Shown: positions 28,073-38,219 of the stretch, piece by piece
Position numbering within the stretch: the first letter of the stretch is position 1
Layout of the letters: each line of letters starts with the position of its first letter
Assembly: GCA_977020255.1 (NCBI GenBank)
Contig: CDROCS010005164.1
Span: forward strand, 1 to 64,000
Direction of reading: 5' to 3'
Source of the DNA: Obrimoposthia wandeli
Taxonomy: Eukaryota
DNA: 64,000 bases
The notes under the pieces: model-generated
The model's input: the letters and a program-made list of their open reading frames with translations, nothing else
What the model was told of the DNA's origin: nothing
Databases searched by the model: none
Translations under genes and position numbers: made by a program

Positions 28073-29992
28073 TTATTTGGTTTGAAGTTTCAATTTACGG
28101 CGTTTATTCAAATTAATGAGCGAAAAGCTTGCAAAAATGGCCAGTAAGACACCATCGCGCCACAATATATCTAGATCTGAATAAAGCGCAATAACGGCGC
28201 CTATCGCGATAAACAGCAAACGTGTAAAAGTGTTTAAATGACCGTTCAAATAGCCTGCTATACCGCCAGAAACGAGCGATAAGCCACCGACAATGGCAAA
28301 CAGATTAACGACGATATCTGTAAAGCTTCCCACCATTCTCATTTCGGGTACAAACAGATAGCTAAAGCCTACGGCGTAACCTGCAATCGCCATGCGAGAG
28401 GCGTGCAATCCCGTTAATATCGGGCTAGCCCCTGAAATAGACGCTGCCGCATAAGAGGCAATAGAAACAGGCGGTGTGGCATCGGCAAGGATGGCAAAAT
28501 AGAAAATAAACATATGCGCTGCCAGTACCGGTACTGCAAACTCATTAATCAGTATGGGTGCACCAATAGCAGAGGTAATGACATAAGCGGCGGTGGTGGG
28601 AACACCCATCCCCATCACTAAGGTAACGAGCATTAAAGCCATACCCGCTAGCCATAATTGGCCGTCTGCAAAATCAGTGACGATAGAGCCAATAGAGACA
28701 ACTAAGCCCGTTTTAGTCAGCACTGCTACTAACATGCCAGCACCTGCACAAGCGATAGCAATTGTTGCTGCATTTCGCCCAGCGGTTTCTAATACTTTCA
28801 ATAGCCTTTTGATATTAAAGCGTTCAGAAGTGAAGCTAGTGACTATTAAGGTTGCAAAAATAGAGTACAACGCAGACATATGCGGCGAGTAACGCTGCAT
28901 CAATAAAACCACTAAAACGACGATAGGGATCAGTAAATATAGTTTTTTAGCAACCTCCGATAGCTTAGGTAATTCACTTTTATCTAAGCCTTTAAGATTG
29001 TGTTTTTTTGATTCAAAATGAACAGAAACAAAAATCAGCGTGAAAAAGCATATTGAGCCTAATACCGCAGCGACGATGATTTCGCTATAAGCAGTATTGG
29101 TGATTTCAGACATAATAAAAGCACCCGCGCCCATAATAGGCGGTGCACTTTGCCCCCCAACACTGGCTGCTGTTTCAATGCCGCCGGCCACTTGTGGGCG
29201 AAATCCCATGCGCTTCATCATCGGAATAGTAAATGATCCGGTGGTGAATACGTTGGCAGATGCAGAACCGCTCATGGTGCCAAAAAAAGCGGAGGTTACC
29301 ACTGCAACTTTTGCCGGGCCGCCACTAAAGCGACCAGCGATTAGCTGCCCACCTTGGCTAAACAGCTTGCCAACACCGCTGGCTTCCATGAATGCGCCAT
29401 ACGCTATGAAGATGGCAACCATAGTAGATGAAATACCGGTGATAGAGCCGAAAATGCCTTGGCCGCCAAATAAATATAACGTTTCAACAATTTCAGGAAA
29501 CTGCATATTGCGATAATACAAAATGCCGGGCATGTATTCGGTGGTAAATAAATAGAAGATGCCAATACTCACCAATATGGCTAATACTGGAGATACAGCG
29601 CGTCGCAACCCTTCAAGTAATAAGACTACTGCTATGGTGCCCATGATCAACTCGGCAGTTAGTAATTCGTCAATGCCTTCTAAACGCAAGTTTATGCGAT
29701 CAGCTTCAAACCATGAGTAAATAAACGGCAAACAAGCGATAACAAATATCATCAGCGCGATAGGATTAGGCACATAAGACACACGCTTTGTGTGCTTGCT
29801 AAAAGGGGTGATCAATAGTGCTAGGGGTAGCATAAATAATAAGTGGATAGAGCGCTGCGTACGAGGTTCTAGAAAACCAATATAAGCCGTGTACAGTTGA
29901 AAAACAGTTGCACTGATGGCCCAAAGAGCAATAAAGCCTAATACCAATCGAGCATAACGGCTGCTGTTTTCAGCCTGAGAGATAGATGTCAT
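28073..29992 (-). CDS. TRAP transporter fused 4TM/12TM permease
   Basis: GGPAKVAVVTS, GSASANVFTTG, PPIMGAGAFIM, GMGVPTTAAY and ATPPV motifs. Confidence 0.92.
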   Translation of the reverse strand: MTSISQAENSSRYARLVLGFIALWAISATVFQLYTAYIGFLEPRTQRSIHLLFMLPLALLITPFSKHTKRVSYVPNPIALMIFVIACLPFIYSWFEADRINLRLEGIDELLTAELIMGTIAVVLLLEGLRRAVSPVLAILVSIGIFYLFTTEYMPGILYYRNMQFPEIVETLYLFGGQGIFGSITGISSTMVAIFIAYGAFMEASGVGKLFSQGGQLIAGRFSGGPAKVAVVTSAFFGTMSGSASANVFTTGSFTIPMMKRMGFRPQVAGGIETAASVGGQSAPPIMGAGAFIMSEITNTAYSEIIVAAVLGSICFFTLIFVSVHFESKKHNLKGLDKSELPKLSEVAKKLYLLIPIVVLVVLLMQRYSPHMSALYSIFATLIVTSFTSERFNIKRLLKVLETAGRNAATIAIACAGAGMLVAVLTKTGLVVSIGSIVTDFADGQLWLAGMALMLVTLVMGMGVPTTAAYVITSAIGAPILINEFAVPVLAAHMFIFYFAILADATPPVSIASYAAASISGASPILTGLHASRMAIAGYAVGFSYLFVPEMRMVGSFTDIVVNLFAIVGGLSLVSGGIAGYLNGHLNTFTRLLFIAIGAVIALYSDLDILWRDGVLLAIFASFSLINLNKRRKLKLQTK

Positions 29993-30075
29993 AAAAAACC
30001 AGTTCGTTCAATTAGATATTCGTTGTGCGCACAAGCTAAAAAGGCACGGTACTAGTATGAGCTGTGTGTACATGG

Positions 30076-30107
30076 CTCCCCCACTATTCATTTGAACAGC
30101 AGGGGAG
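30076..30107 (-). other. Intercistronic mRNA stem-loop between the TAXI and permease genes
   Basis: Sense strand CTCCCCTGCTGTTC-AAAT-GAATAGTGGGGGAG forms 14 bp including three G-U pairs. Confidence 0.65.
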
Positions 30108-30130
30108 AAGACACATACAAAGAATATAAA

Positions 30131-31102
30131 TTAAATATCAAAACCTTGTTCTTTAAAGTACTTCGCAGCGCCTGGGTGAACAGGTGCAGGTGCATTCTTA
30201 AAGGCAGTAGAGCAATCAAACACTTTCATACTATTGTGAATGCTAACGAGCTTGTCAGTGTTTTCACACAATGTTTTAGTCACTTTATAAACTGTATCAA
30301 CGCTAACATCTTTGTTAACTAGCAATGTTGTGGCCATTCTAATGGTATTAGCCGCATTCACGTTTTTATAAGTGCCAGCAGGGATGTTGCCGCTTAAGAA
30401 GCCGAATTTCTCATTTAGCTGTTTAAGAGTGTCATCTGAAAAGTTGATAAGTTGCATTGGGCGAGCTTGGCTCATATCAATGATTGTAGCGCCAGGTAAT
30501 CCTGATCCACCAAAGACATAATCGACTTGGCCATCTTTGAACTGTGAACTCATTTCACTGAAGTTACCGTGGTTTATTTTGAAACCGCGTTTTTTAAGAT
30601 CATCGTAACTTGTGCCATAAGCATCCATTATCCAACGAAAAGCTTGCTCGCCAGAAGATCCACGTTTAACAACGGCAATATTCACGTCTTTACCGTTTTC
30701 CATTAAATCTTTAACAGTGGTGTACTTAGCATCTTTTGTCGCTACTAAATGATAATAAATATCAGAGAAGCTCATACCAACCATTTGCAGGTTTGGGTGA
30801 GGCTTGCCTTTGTACAAAACAGTGCCATTGCTGGCTTGATAAGTAAAAGTATCTAAACCCCATGCAAACTGGCTTAGGCCACGTTCAACTTTAGTTGGGT
30901 TAGTGGTGCCGCCACCGGGTACAACTTTAATCGTAAGTTCAGGGTTAGCGCCTTTAATGACATTGGCAATACCTGAAGCCATAGTGAACCAACCGCCACC
31001 AAGTTGGCCTGACGACCATTCAACAGTTTCTGCAAAGGCCGTAAATGACATACCAGTAGCGGCAGCGATAATTAAGCCTTTTTGTAAAGTTTTTGAAAAC
31101 AT
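30131..31102 (-). CDS. TAXI-family TRAP solute-binding protein
   Basis: SSGQLGGGWF, signal peptide, RGSSG and PVHPGAAKYFKE motifs. Confidence 0.92.
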   Translation of the reverse strand: MFSKTLQKGLIIAAATGMSFTAFAETVEWSSGQLGGGWFTMASGIANVIKGANPELTIKVVPGGGTTNPTKVERGLSQFAWGLDTFTYQASNGTVLYKGKPHPNLQMVGMSFSDIYYHLVATKDAKYTTVKDLMENGKDVNIAVVKRGSSGEQAFRWIMDAYGTSYDDLKKRGFKINHGNFSEMSSQFKDGQVDYVFGGSGLPGATIIDMSQARPMQLINFSDDTLKQLNEKFGFLSGNIPAGTYKNVNAANTIRMATTLLVNKDVSVDTVYKVTKTLCENTDKLVSIHNSMKVFDCSTAFKNAPAPVHPGAAKYFKEQGFDI

Positions 31103-31588
31103 AATGAACTCCGGTTCTTATTATAAATTTTGGTGTTTTTTATTGTATACAGTTATGAATTTAGTTTTCAAGCTATTTCATGTTATTTATTTTTACGCTG
31201 TAGAGGAGAAAACCTGAATTTATGTATTTAAAGCAATGGCAGTAAGCGAATGCGGCGGGGTAAAAAGCACATTGAGCGTTGGCTAAGAAGAATTAGAAAT
31301 TGGAGTTTGATCAAACCAGTAGCATTAAATTTTAAAGAAAATTTCTAGTATAAATCTCTATACGAGGGCTACTTAGTCGCAGACTGTGTGGAGAAAGGTC
31401 ATAAACCGGCTATCAATAGGTTTTTATCAAGGCTGCGACAACGAGGTCGCAGCTTTGTAGTGTTTCTTAGGGATGATTTTATTGAATAAGAATTTACTTT
31501 TGGCCAAGTGCTTTTTATATAGTATTAGGGAGCCGATCCAAAATGAGTGTTACGGAGAATTGGCTATAAGCTGTAAGTTTTTACGGCA

Positions 31589-31921
31589 CTAGCCACAGCA
31601 TTTTTTATATTTTTTGCCACTATCACATGAGCAAGGATCATTTCGCTCAGGTTTTTTTTCAATTTTCACAGGGCTAGGCTTATCGATGATGGCACTCAAT
31701 TGATTAATATTTTCTTCAGCTGTTTCATCAATAGTAATATTTGCTATTAGTTGATGTTTACTAAGAATCAGCTCAATTTCAGCTTTTCTATTTTCGCTGT
31801 TGAGCGTTAATGACAAAGGTGATTCTGTAGTGCCTAATTTAACATCACGGTTAGTTTTGTAGCATGGGCTTACATGGTTAAGCCGAGTATGGATACGGCC
31901 TTTGTAATATAAATCGTGCAT
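31589..31921 (-). CDS. SEC-C motif protein (PBPRA1643-like)
   Basis: C-terminal PERNDPCSCDSGKKYKKCCG. Confidence 0.82.
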   Translation of the reverse strand: MHDLYYKGRIHTRLNHVSPCYKTNRDVKLGTTESPLSLTLNSENRKAEIELILSKHQLIANITIDETAEENINQLSAIIDKPSPVKIEKKPERNDPCSCDSGKKYKKCCG

Positions 31922-32160
31922 GTGTGATTTAAACTCTCAGTAATAAAAACTGCGCTGTGCGCAAAATAAGGGCGCTATTATCCCATGTTTGTTAATAGAT
32001 GAAATGTTTAAATCACTAGATAGGCGATGGTTTGTTACTGTTCATGATGATTTCTCACTTAAGTTTTAGATCAAGCTGTTTAATATAGTCCCATTCTATT
32101 GAGTTAACTTAGCGGTAGCGCTTTGTGATGGTTGAGATGATGCCCTAATATAAGAAAATT

Positions 32161-32560
32161 TATACTGTGATACCTGTGTCACTTAACAGCGATTACCAGC
32201 TTAAAGCGAATGGGTAGTAAGTTTTAATCAGTATCAGTATCAGCATCGCATCATTCAAAGTGCCTTTTAATATCATGTTCACAAGAGTGACTTTATCATT
32301 GTGTTTGCCCGCGGTACTTGATATTTCAATGTATTTATTAACGCGTGACTAGAGCCTCTGCGTTAGTGCTTTTATAATCAGCTGACACCACGCTCGCCTA
32401 AGTTGCGATAATGAACATGGATGAAGCGGGAGATACAGCACCGGCTGCTGCAATGGCGGTACTGTTGATGGGGATGGCGTTAGCCGTGAAAGGAGCGCAT
32501 TGGTTGCTTAGTTGGCTGTTATTAAATAATGCTCAAGCTTGGCGCAATACTAAAAAATGA
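32161..32560 (+). pseudogene. Decayed 3' fragment of a putative 2-aminoethylphosphonate-type ABC permease
   Basis: Pieced translation YTV..HLTAITSLK..F*SVSAS.KVPF..FTRVTLSLCLPAVLDISMYL/NA.T..SALVLL*SADTTLA*VAIMNMDEAGDTAPAAAMAVLL...HWLL...QAWR, with in-frame stops at 32375 and 32399 and frameshifts. Confidence 0.78.
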
Positions 32561-32646
32561 TCTATTAATTATTCGAAAAATAGCTTACTCATTGCCTATT
32601 TTGATTACTTGTAAGCATGGCTTTCGTCACAACTTATCAAAAATTA

Positions 32647-33411
32647 TTAAGTGTCTGCTTGTTGATTCCATGAAACGCACTGGTTTAAAGTAATACCAGT
32701 GCCGCCGAAAATATCAAGGGCGCTGCCAATAGTTAAATCTATTTTGCCGTTTGATAATTGCTGCACATATTCAAGGTCAGCTAATGATCGGGCACCGCCT
32801 GCATAAGTAACAGGGATATCACAATGTTTTGCGAGTAATGAGACAAGTGCGTGATCTATGCCGCCTTGTAAACCTTCAACATCAGCGCTGTGGATTAAAA
32901 ATTCACTGCAATGTTGGGACAGTGTTTTAAGTGTCTCTTCATTGATAAGCGTATCAGTAATAGTTTGCCAGCGATTGGTTGCAATGTGCCATTGATCACC
33001 CACTTTACGACAGCTTAAATCTAACACTAAAGAGTGAGCGCCTATTGTATCAACCAGTGCGGCTAATCTATCCCAGCTAAATTGATTATTCTCGAATAAA
33101 AACGAGGTCACAATGACATGGCTAGCGCCGGCGTCTAACCAGCTTTGTGCATTACTTAAATTAACACCGCCACCAAATTGTAAGCCTTTAGACCAGCTTG
33201 CTAAAGCGAGCTTGGCTTGTGTTTCATTATTAGGGCCTAAGGCGATGACATGGCCGCCTGTTAATTGCTGATCTTTGTACAGGTTTGCGAAGTAAGCTGC
33301 GTCGTGTTCACTAACAAAATTGGTTTGAGCTCCATCATCATTCAGGCTCCCCCCTACAATTTGTTTTACTTTTCCTTGGTGTAAATCGATACACGGGCGA
33401 AAGCGAGTCAT
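32647..33411 (-). CDS. ProFAR isomerase, eukaryote-like (His6-type) HisA
   Basis: MTRFRPCIDLHQGKVKQIVGGSL, GGHVIALG, LDLSCRK, HSADVEGLQGGID and DLTIGSALDIFGG are typical of the His6-like clade. Confidence 0.85.
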   Translation of the reverse strand: MTRFRPCIDLHQGKVKQIVGGSLNDDGAQTNFVSEHDAAYFANLYKDQQLTGGHVIALGPNNETQAKLALASWSKGLQFGGGVNLSNAQSWLDAGASHVIVTSFLFENNQFSWDRLAALVDTIGAHSLVLDLSCRKVGDQWHIATNRWQTITDTLINEETLKTLSQHCSEFLIHSADVEGLQGGIDHALVSLLAKHCDIPVTYAGGARSLADLEYVQQLSNGKIDLTIGSALDIFGGTGITLNQCVSWNQQADT

Positions 33412-33553
33412 GAGCAGTCCTATCTTAACAATGATTAAAAATGGCTATTGTATCGGCAATTAAAATTAAAGATATACAAACTCTAATTAAAACTATGCAA
33501 AATATAGTTTACACTCAAGCACCTGAAAATTAGCTGTAGCGTTAGGAGTTTGA

Positions 33554-34702
33554 ATGAATTACCCCCCATCAAAGTTACCGAATATCGGAACCACTATTTT
33601 TACCGTCATGTCGCAAATGGCTTCAGAACATAAAGCGATCAATTTAGCGCAAGGGTTTCCTGACTTTAATGGTCCACAATTATTGTTAGATGCGGTGGGT
33701 AAACATGTAGCGAACGGTGCCAATCAATATGCACCAATGGCGGGTATTATTGAGCTGCGTGAGCAAATTGCTAATAAAGTTAGCAATATATATGACAAGC
33801 AAGTGTGCCCAGAAACTGAGGTGACGGTAACATCAGGCGCTACTGAGGCCATTTACGCCGCTATAAGTGCTGTGGTTAGCCCAGGCGATGAAGTCATCGT
33901 ATTAGACCCAGCTTTTGATTGCTATGACCCAGCCATTGTATTAAATGGAGCGAAGGCTGTGCATGTGCAGCTAGCACCGCCAATGTTTGAGCTTAATTGG
34001 GATGGGCTTAGAGCAGCAATTAGTGATAAGACACGTTTAATTATTTTTAACTCGCCCCATAACCCAACCGGTATGGTACTGACAGAAACTGATATTGAAA
34101 AATTGACGGATCTAGTCAAAGGCACTGATATTTTATTGATTGGCGATGATGTGTATGAGCATATAATTTTTGATGATCAACAGCATTTAAGTTTCATCAA
34201 ATATGAAGAGCTGTATAAGCGCAGTTTTGTTATTTCATCTTTTGGTAAAACCTACCATGTTACAGGCTGGAAAATTGGCTACTGTATAGCACCTGCTCAT
34301 TTAACAGCAGAACTTAGAAAGGTGCATCAATTTCTGAATTTCTGTACTGCTTCACCATTACAGTATGCCTTAGTCGATATTATGAAAGCGCAGCCAGAGC
34401 ATTATTTGCAGCTACCTAGTTTCTATCAACAAAAAAGAGATTTGTTTAATCAGTTGATGGAAAAAAGCCGATTTACCGGCATTAAAGCGGCAGGCACTTA
34501 TTTCCAAGTGCTCGATTATAGCCAAATAAGTGATTTAGATGACATGGCGTTTTGTGAATACTTAACTAAAGAGGTGGGTGTCGCTGCGATCCCTATGTCT
34601 GTTTTTTGTGAAACGCCACCGAGTATGAAATTAGTTAGATTCTGCTTTGCGAAAAGCGATGAGACCTTAATGAGCGCTTGTGAAAAACTAGTGAAGTTAT
34701 AA
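33554..34702 (+). CDS. ybdL: Methionine/class I PLP aminotransferase (YbdL-like)
   Basis: SKLPNIGTTIFTVMS, AINLAQGFPDF and PLP lysine SFGKTYHVTGWK. Confidence 0.85.
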   Translation: MNYPPSKLPNIGTTIFTVMSQMASEHKAINLAQGFPDFNGPQLLLDAVGKHVANGANQYAPMAGIIELREQIANKVSNIYDKQVCPETEVTVTSGATEAIYAAISAVVSPGDEVIVLDPAFDCYDPAIVLNGAKAVHVQLAPPMFELNWDGLRAAISDKTRLIIFNSPHNPTGMVLTETDIEKLTDLVKGTDILLIGDDVYEHIIFDDQQHLSFIKYEELYKRSFVISSFGKTYHVTGWKIGYCIAPAHLTAELRKVHQFLNFCTASPLQYALVDIMKAQPEHYLQLPSFYQQKRDLFNQLMEKSRFTGIKAAGTYFQVLDYSQISDLDDMAFCEYLTKEVGVAAIPMSVFCETPPSMKLVRFCFAKSDETLMSACEKLVKL

Positions 34703-34725
34703 TTATTAACACATTGGATATAAAA

Positions 34726-35505
34726 ATGAATCAGCTGCGAGTTTCTACCGTTCAAGACATGCTGCATTGGCAAGATGCGCCCGCCAATTTGTTAATGTAC
34801 CGCGAGCTATTAGCGCCATTAAAAGATAAAACGGATTTAATAGTACTACCTGAAATGTTTGCTAGTGGCTTTTCAATGGCACCTGAAATAGTGGCGCAGC
34901 CAATAGATGGGCCAGCAGTTACATGGATGGTGGAGCAAGCGAAAGCACTTAACAGTGCAATTTGTGGCAGTTTAGCGATTAAAGAAAAGCAGCAGTTTGT
35001 GAATAAATTTGTATTTGTGCACCCTGACGGTGCAATTGATGAATACAATAAACGCCATTGTTTTCGTATGTCTGGTGAAAATGAGGTGTACCAAGCAGGT
35101 ACTGAGAAAGTATTGATACACTATAAAAACTGGAAAATATTACCTCAAGTCTGCTATGACTTACGTTTTCCTGTTTTCTCTAGAAATGATGCTAATTATG
35201 ACTTATCTATCTATGTGGCTAATTGGCCACAGGTTAGGCGTCAGCCATGGATTACGTTACTGCAAGCTCGAGCAATTGAAAATCTAGCTTATGTGGTAGG
35301 GGTTAATAGAATAGGCGAAGATGGGAATGGCGTACTTTATAGTGGAGATTCGTGTGTGGTCGACTTCAAAGGCGAACTCGTTTTTGATCACGAAGATTCA
35401 CAAAGTATTAACACACAAGTGCTAAGTTTGGATGATCTACAAGGGTTTAAGGAAAAGTTTCCTGCGTGGATGGATGCTGATGACTTTAAACTGCTTGAAA
35501 AATAA
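34726..35505 (+). CDS. yafV: Omega-amidase, nitrilase superfamily (YafV-like)
   Basis: Triad LPEMF / YNKRH / VCYDLRFP, plus RAIEN. ATG at 34726. Confidence 0.82.
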   Translation: MNQLRVSTVQDMLHWQDAPANLLMYRELLAPLKDKTDLIVLPEMFASGFSMAPEIVAQPIDGPAVTWMVEQAKALNSAICGSLAIKEKQQFVNKFVFVHPDGAIDEYNKRHCFRMSGENEVYQAGTEKVLIHYKNWKILPQVCYDLRFPVFSRNDANYDLSIYVANWPQVRRQPWITLLQARAIENLAYVVGVNRIGEDGNGVLYSGDSCVVDFKGELVFDHEDSQSINTQVLSLDDLQGFKEKFPAWMDADDFKLLEK

Positions 35506-35876
35506 TCCATACCGTTAACAAAATATCGTAAATTATTGTATTAACGAGAAGAAATTAAAGAATAAACAGAGAAAACTAAATTTATTCCTATCTTTTTATT
35601 AACAATAACTGCTATGGTTTATGTACTGGTGCTGAACGTTCCAGTAACTTTACGTTTTATGTAGATGTTTAAACTCCTCAGTCGTCTTCATGACATTAGT
35701 TGGATATTTTCCCGACGATAGAAGCAATTTATTCTAAATTGCTTCTAATTATTTCCTTTGTACTATTAAGCCTTAAATAAATTTTTGAATGTGAAATCGT
35801 TATACGTTGTATAATCTAATCTCATAGCACTGATTTTTATGGTGTTAATTAATAGTTCTTATTTGAGAGTTGCGCT

Positions 35877-36281
35877 TTGTCTAAAAAATCACAGAATAAA
35901 AAGCAAGAGCGTTTAGATGCGCTAAATTATTTTGGAAAAAATTTAGTACGCCGTTGCGGTGCACATTGCGAGCTATGTGGTGCCGGTTCTGTTTCACTGA
36001 GTATTTTTGAAGTAGAGCCCTTACCGAGCGAGCCTGTGTTGGAGCATTGTTTAATGATTTGTGAAGTGTGTGAGCAAAGTTTAAAGCAACCTAAACGAAT
36101 GCAAGCGAATCATTGGCGCTGTTTAACGACCACGATGTGGAGTGAAGTAACAGCCGCTAAAGTCACAGCGATTGTAATACTCAATTATTTACAAGGTGAG
36201 CATGCTTGGGCTCAAGAGTATTTAGAGCAAGTGTTTTTAGATGAGGCAGAGCAGCAATGGGTTGATGATTGGCAGTTATAA
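35877..36281 (+). CDS. Zn-ribbon protein of the 'PhnA-like' hypothetical family
   Basis: RRCGAHCELCG...ICEVC...HWRCL...MWSEV. The TTG start is uncertain. Confidence 0.65.
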   Translation: MSKKSQNKKQERLDALNYFGKNLVRRCGAHCELCGAGSVSLSIFEVEPLPSEPVLEHCLMICEVCEQSLKQPKRMQANHWRCLTTTMWSEVTAAKVTAIVILNYLQGEHAWAQEYLEQVFLDEAEQQWVDDWQL

Positions 36282-36341
36282 TAGATTCTTTAACGCTTAG
36301 TTGTGTGCACAAGCTTCATTGAATAAGTAAAAAAAAGACAA

Positions 36342-36378
36342 AAAAAAGCGATGAGAGTGAAACTGTCATCGCTTTTTT
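36342..36378. terminator. Bidirectional terminator
   Basis: AAAAAAGCGATGA-N11-TCATCGCTTTTTT. Confidence 0.85.
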
Positions 36379-36392
36379 AGTATTAGCTAATA

Positions 36393-38219
36393 CTATTTTT
36401 TACCAGAACGAGCATGACGCTTACGATCATTTTCAGTCAAACGCTTTTTACGTAGACGAATATGGCTTGGCGTTACTTCAACTAGCTCATCATCTTCGAT
36501 GAAATCTAATGCTTGCTCTAACGTGAATCTGATTGCAGGTGTTAACTGGATGTTTTCATCAGTACCTGAAGCACGTACGTTAGTTAGCTGCTTACCTTTA
36601 ATCGGGTTAACGGCTAAGTCATTTGAACGTGCGTGTATACCAAGTAACATACCTTCATATACTTCAATGTTAGGCGTTGCAAATAAACGACCACGTTCCT
36701 GTAGAGCCCAGAGTGAGTAACCTAGTGCTTTACCGGTAACCATTGAAACGAGTACACCGTTTTTACGGAAAACTACTTCACCTTGCTTAACCGGGCCATA
36801 GTGATCAAATACTGATGTCATGATGCCAGTACCTGAAGTCATAGTCAGGAACTTACTTCTGAAACCAATCATGCCACGTGATGGCATAACAAAGGTAAGA
36901 CGAATACGTTCAGCATCCACTTCCATGTTAGTCATGTCGCCTTTACGTGCACTTAGCTCTTCGATGATAGCGCCTTGATGTGCTGTTTCTACATCAATAA
37001 GTACTTCTTCGTAAGGCTCTTGAGTAACACCGTCAATAACACGCTGAATTACTTCAGGACGTGAAACGCCCATTTCAAAGCCTTCACGTCTCATTGTTTC
37101 TATCAATACAGATAGATGTAATTCACCACGACCTGAAACGATGAATTTCTCAGGAGAATCACCTTCAGCTACACGTAAAGCAACGTTATGAATTAATTCG
37201 CGTTCTAGACGCTCTTTAATGTTTCTGCTGGTTACGAACTTACCGTCTTGACCTGCAAACGGAGAATCGTTAACCATGAAAGTCATCGCAACAGTTGGCT
37301 CGTCGATGCTCAATGGCGGTAATGCTTCAACTAATTCTGGATCACACAACGTATCAGAGATAAATAGCTCTTCGATACCAGAGATACAAATGATATCACC
37401 AGCATGAGCAATATCTAAATCAATACGATCTAAACCTAAGTGGCCTTGGATCTTTTGAACCTTACCCGAACGCTGCTTACCATCGGCGCCCATAATAGCG
37501 ACTTTTTGGTTGATCTTAACAGAACCACGTTGGATACGACCCACACCGATTACACCAACATAGCTGTTGTAATCTAATGCAGAAATTTGCATTTGGAAAG
37601 GACCGTCAGAATCTACTTTAGGAGATTCAACATGCTCAACAATCGCTTCAAAAAGAGGCGTCATATCTTCAGCTAGGTTTTCATGTTCAAGACCAGCAAC
37701 ACCATTTAGTGCAGAGGCGAATACGATTGGAAACTCTAGTTGCTTATCAGTAGCACCTAAGCTGTCAAACAGATCAAAAACTAAATCAACAGCGTTATCA
37801 GGGTTAGCGCCTGGGCGATCGACCTTGTTGATAACAACAATAGGGTTTAAACCTTGCTCGAATGCTTTTTTAGTTACGAAGCGAGTTTGTGGCATAGGAC
37901 CATCAACTGCATCAACTAATAATAGTACGCAATCAACCATAGAAAGAACACGCTCTACTTCACCACCAAAATCGGCGTGACCAGGGGTGTCAACGATGTT
38001 GATGTGGTAACCATTCCATTCAATAGCAGTGTTCTTTGCAAGGATAGTTATACCGCGCTCACGCTCCTGGTCGTTAGAATCCATGACTCTTTCTTCGCCT
38101 GAAGAGCGGCGATCCAAAGTACCAGATTGCTCTAATAATTTGTCTACTAAGGTTGTTTTACCGTGGTCGACGTGAGCAATGATTGCAACGTTGCGTAACT
38201 TATTAAGATCTTTAGCCAT
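36393..38219 (-). CDS. typA: Ribosome-dependent GTPase TypA/BipA
   Basis: [32 protein letters not shown] and C-terminal ELVEVTP..IRLRK. Confidence 0.97.
   Translation of the reverse strand: MAKDLNKLRNVAIIAHVDHGKTTLVDKLLEQSGTLDRRSSGEERVMDSNDQERERGITILAKNTAIEWNGYHINIVDTPGHADFGGEVERVLSMVDCVLLLVDAVDGPMPQTRFVTKKAFEQGLNPIVVINKVDRPGANPDNAVDLVFDLFDSLGATDKQLEFPIVFASALNGVAGLEHENLAEDMTPLFEAIVEHVESPKVDSDGPFQMQISALDYNSYVGVIGVGRIQRGSVKINQKVAIMGADGKQRSGKVQKIQGHLGLDRIDLDIAHAGDIICISGIEELFISDTLCDPELVEALPPLSIDEPTVAMTFMVNDSPFAGQDGKFVTSRNIKERLERELIHNVALRVAEGDSPEKFIVSGRGELHLSVLIETMRREGFEMGVSRPEVIQRVIDGVTQEPYEEVLIDVETAHQGAIIEELSARKGDMTNMEVDAERIRLTFVMPSRGMIGFRSKFLTMTSGTGIMTSVFDHYGPVKQGEVVFRKNGVLVSMVTGKALGYSLWALQERGRLFATPNIEVYEGMLLGIHARSNDLAVNPIKGKQLTNVRASGTDENIQLTPAIRFTLEQALDFIEDDELVEVTPSHIRLRKKRLTENDRKRHARSGKK

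Noticed and set aside
32021-32040. TAGGCGATGG, resembling the start of a fluoride riboswitch
   Set aside because: The complementary strand of the first stem and the 3' pseudoknot segment are absent, and no fluoride-related gene is nearby.
32165-32182. Pho-box-like CTGTGAT-ACCT-GTGTCAC
   Set aside because: It lies inside the decayed permease coding remnant and is explained by a short tandem duplication of YTV codons.
35877-36281. Reading the 'PhnA-like' protein as phosphonoacetate hydrolase linked to the phosphonate relic
   Set aside because: It is a small Zn-ribbon protein with no alkaline-phosphatase-superfamily motifs; the name is a known annotation carry-over.
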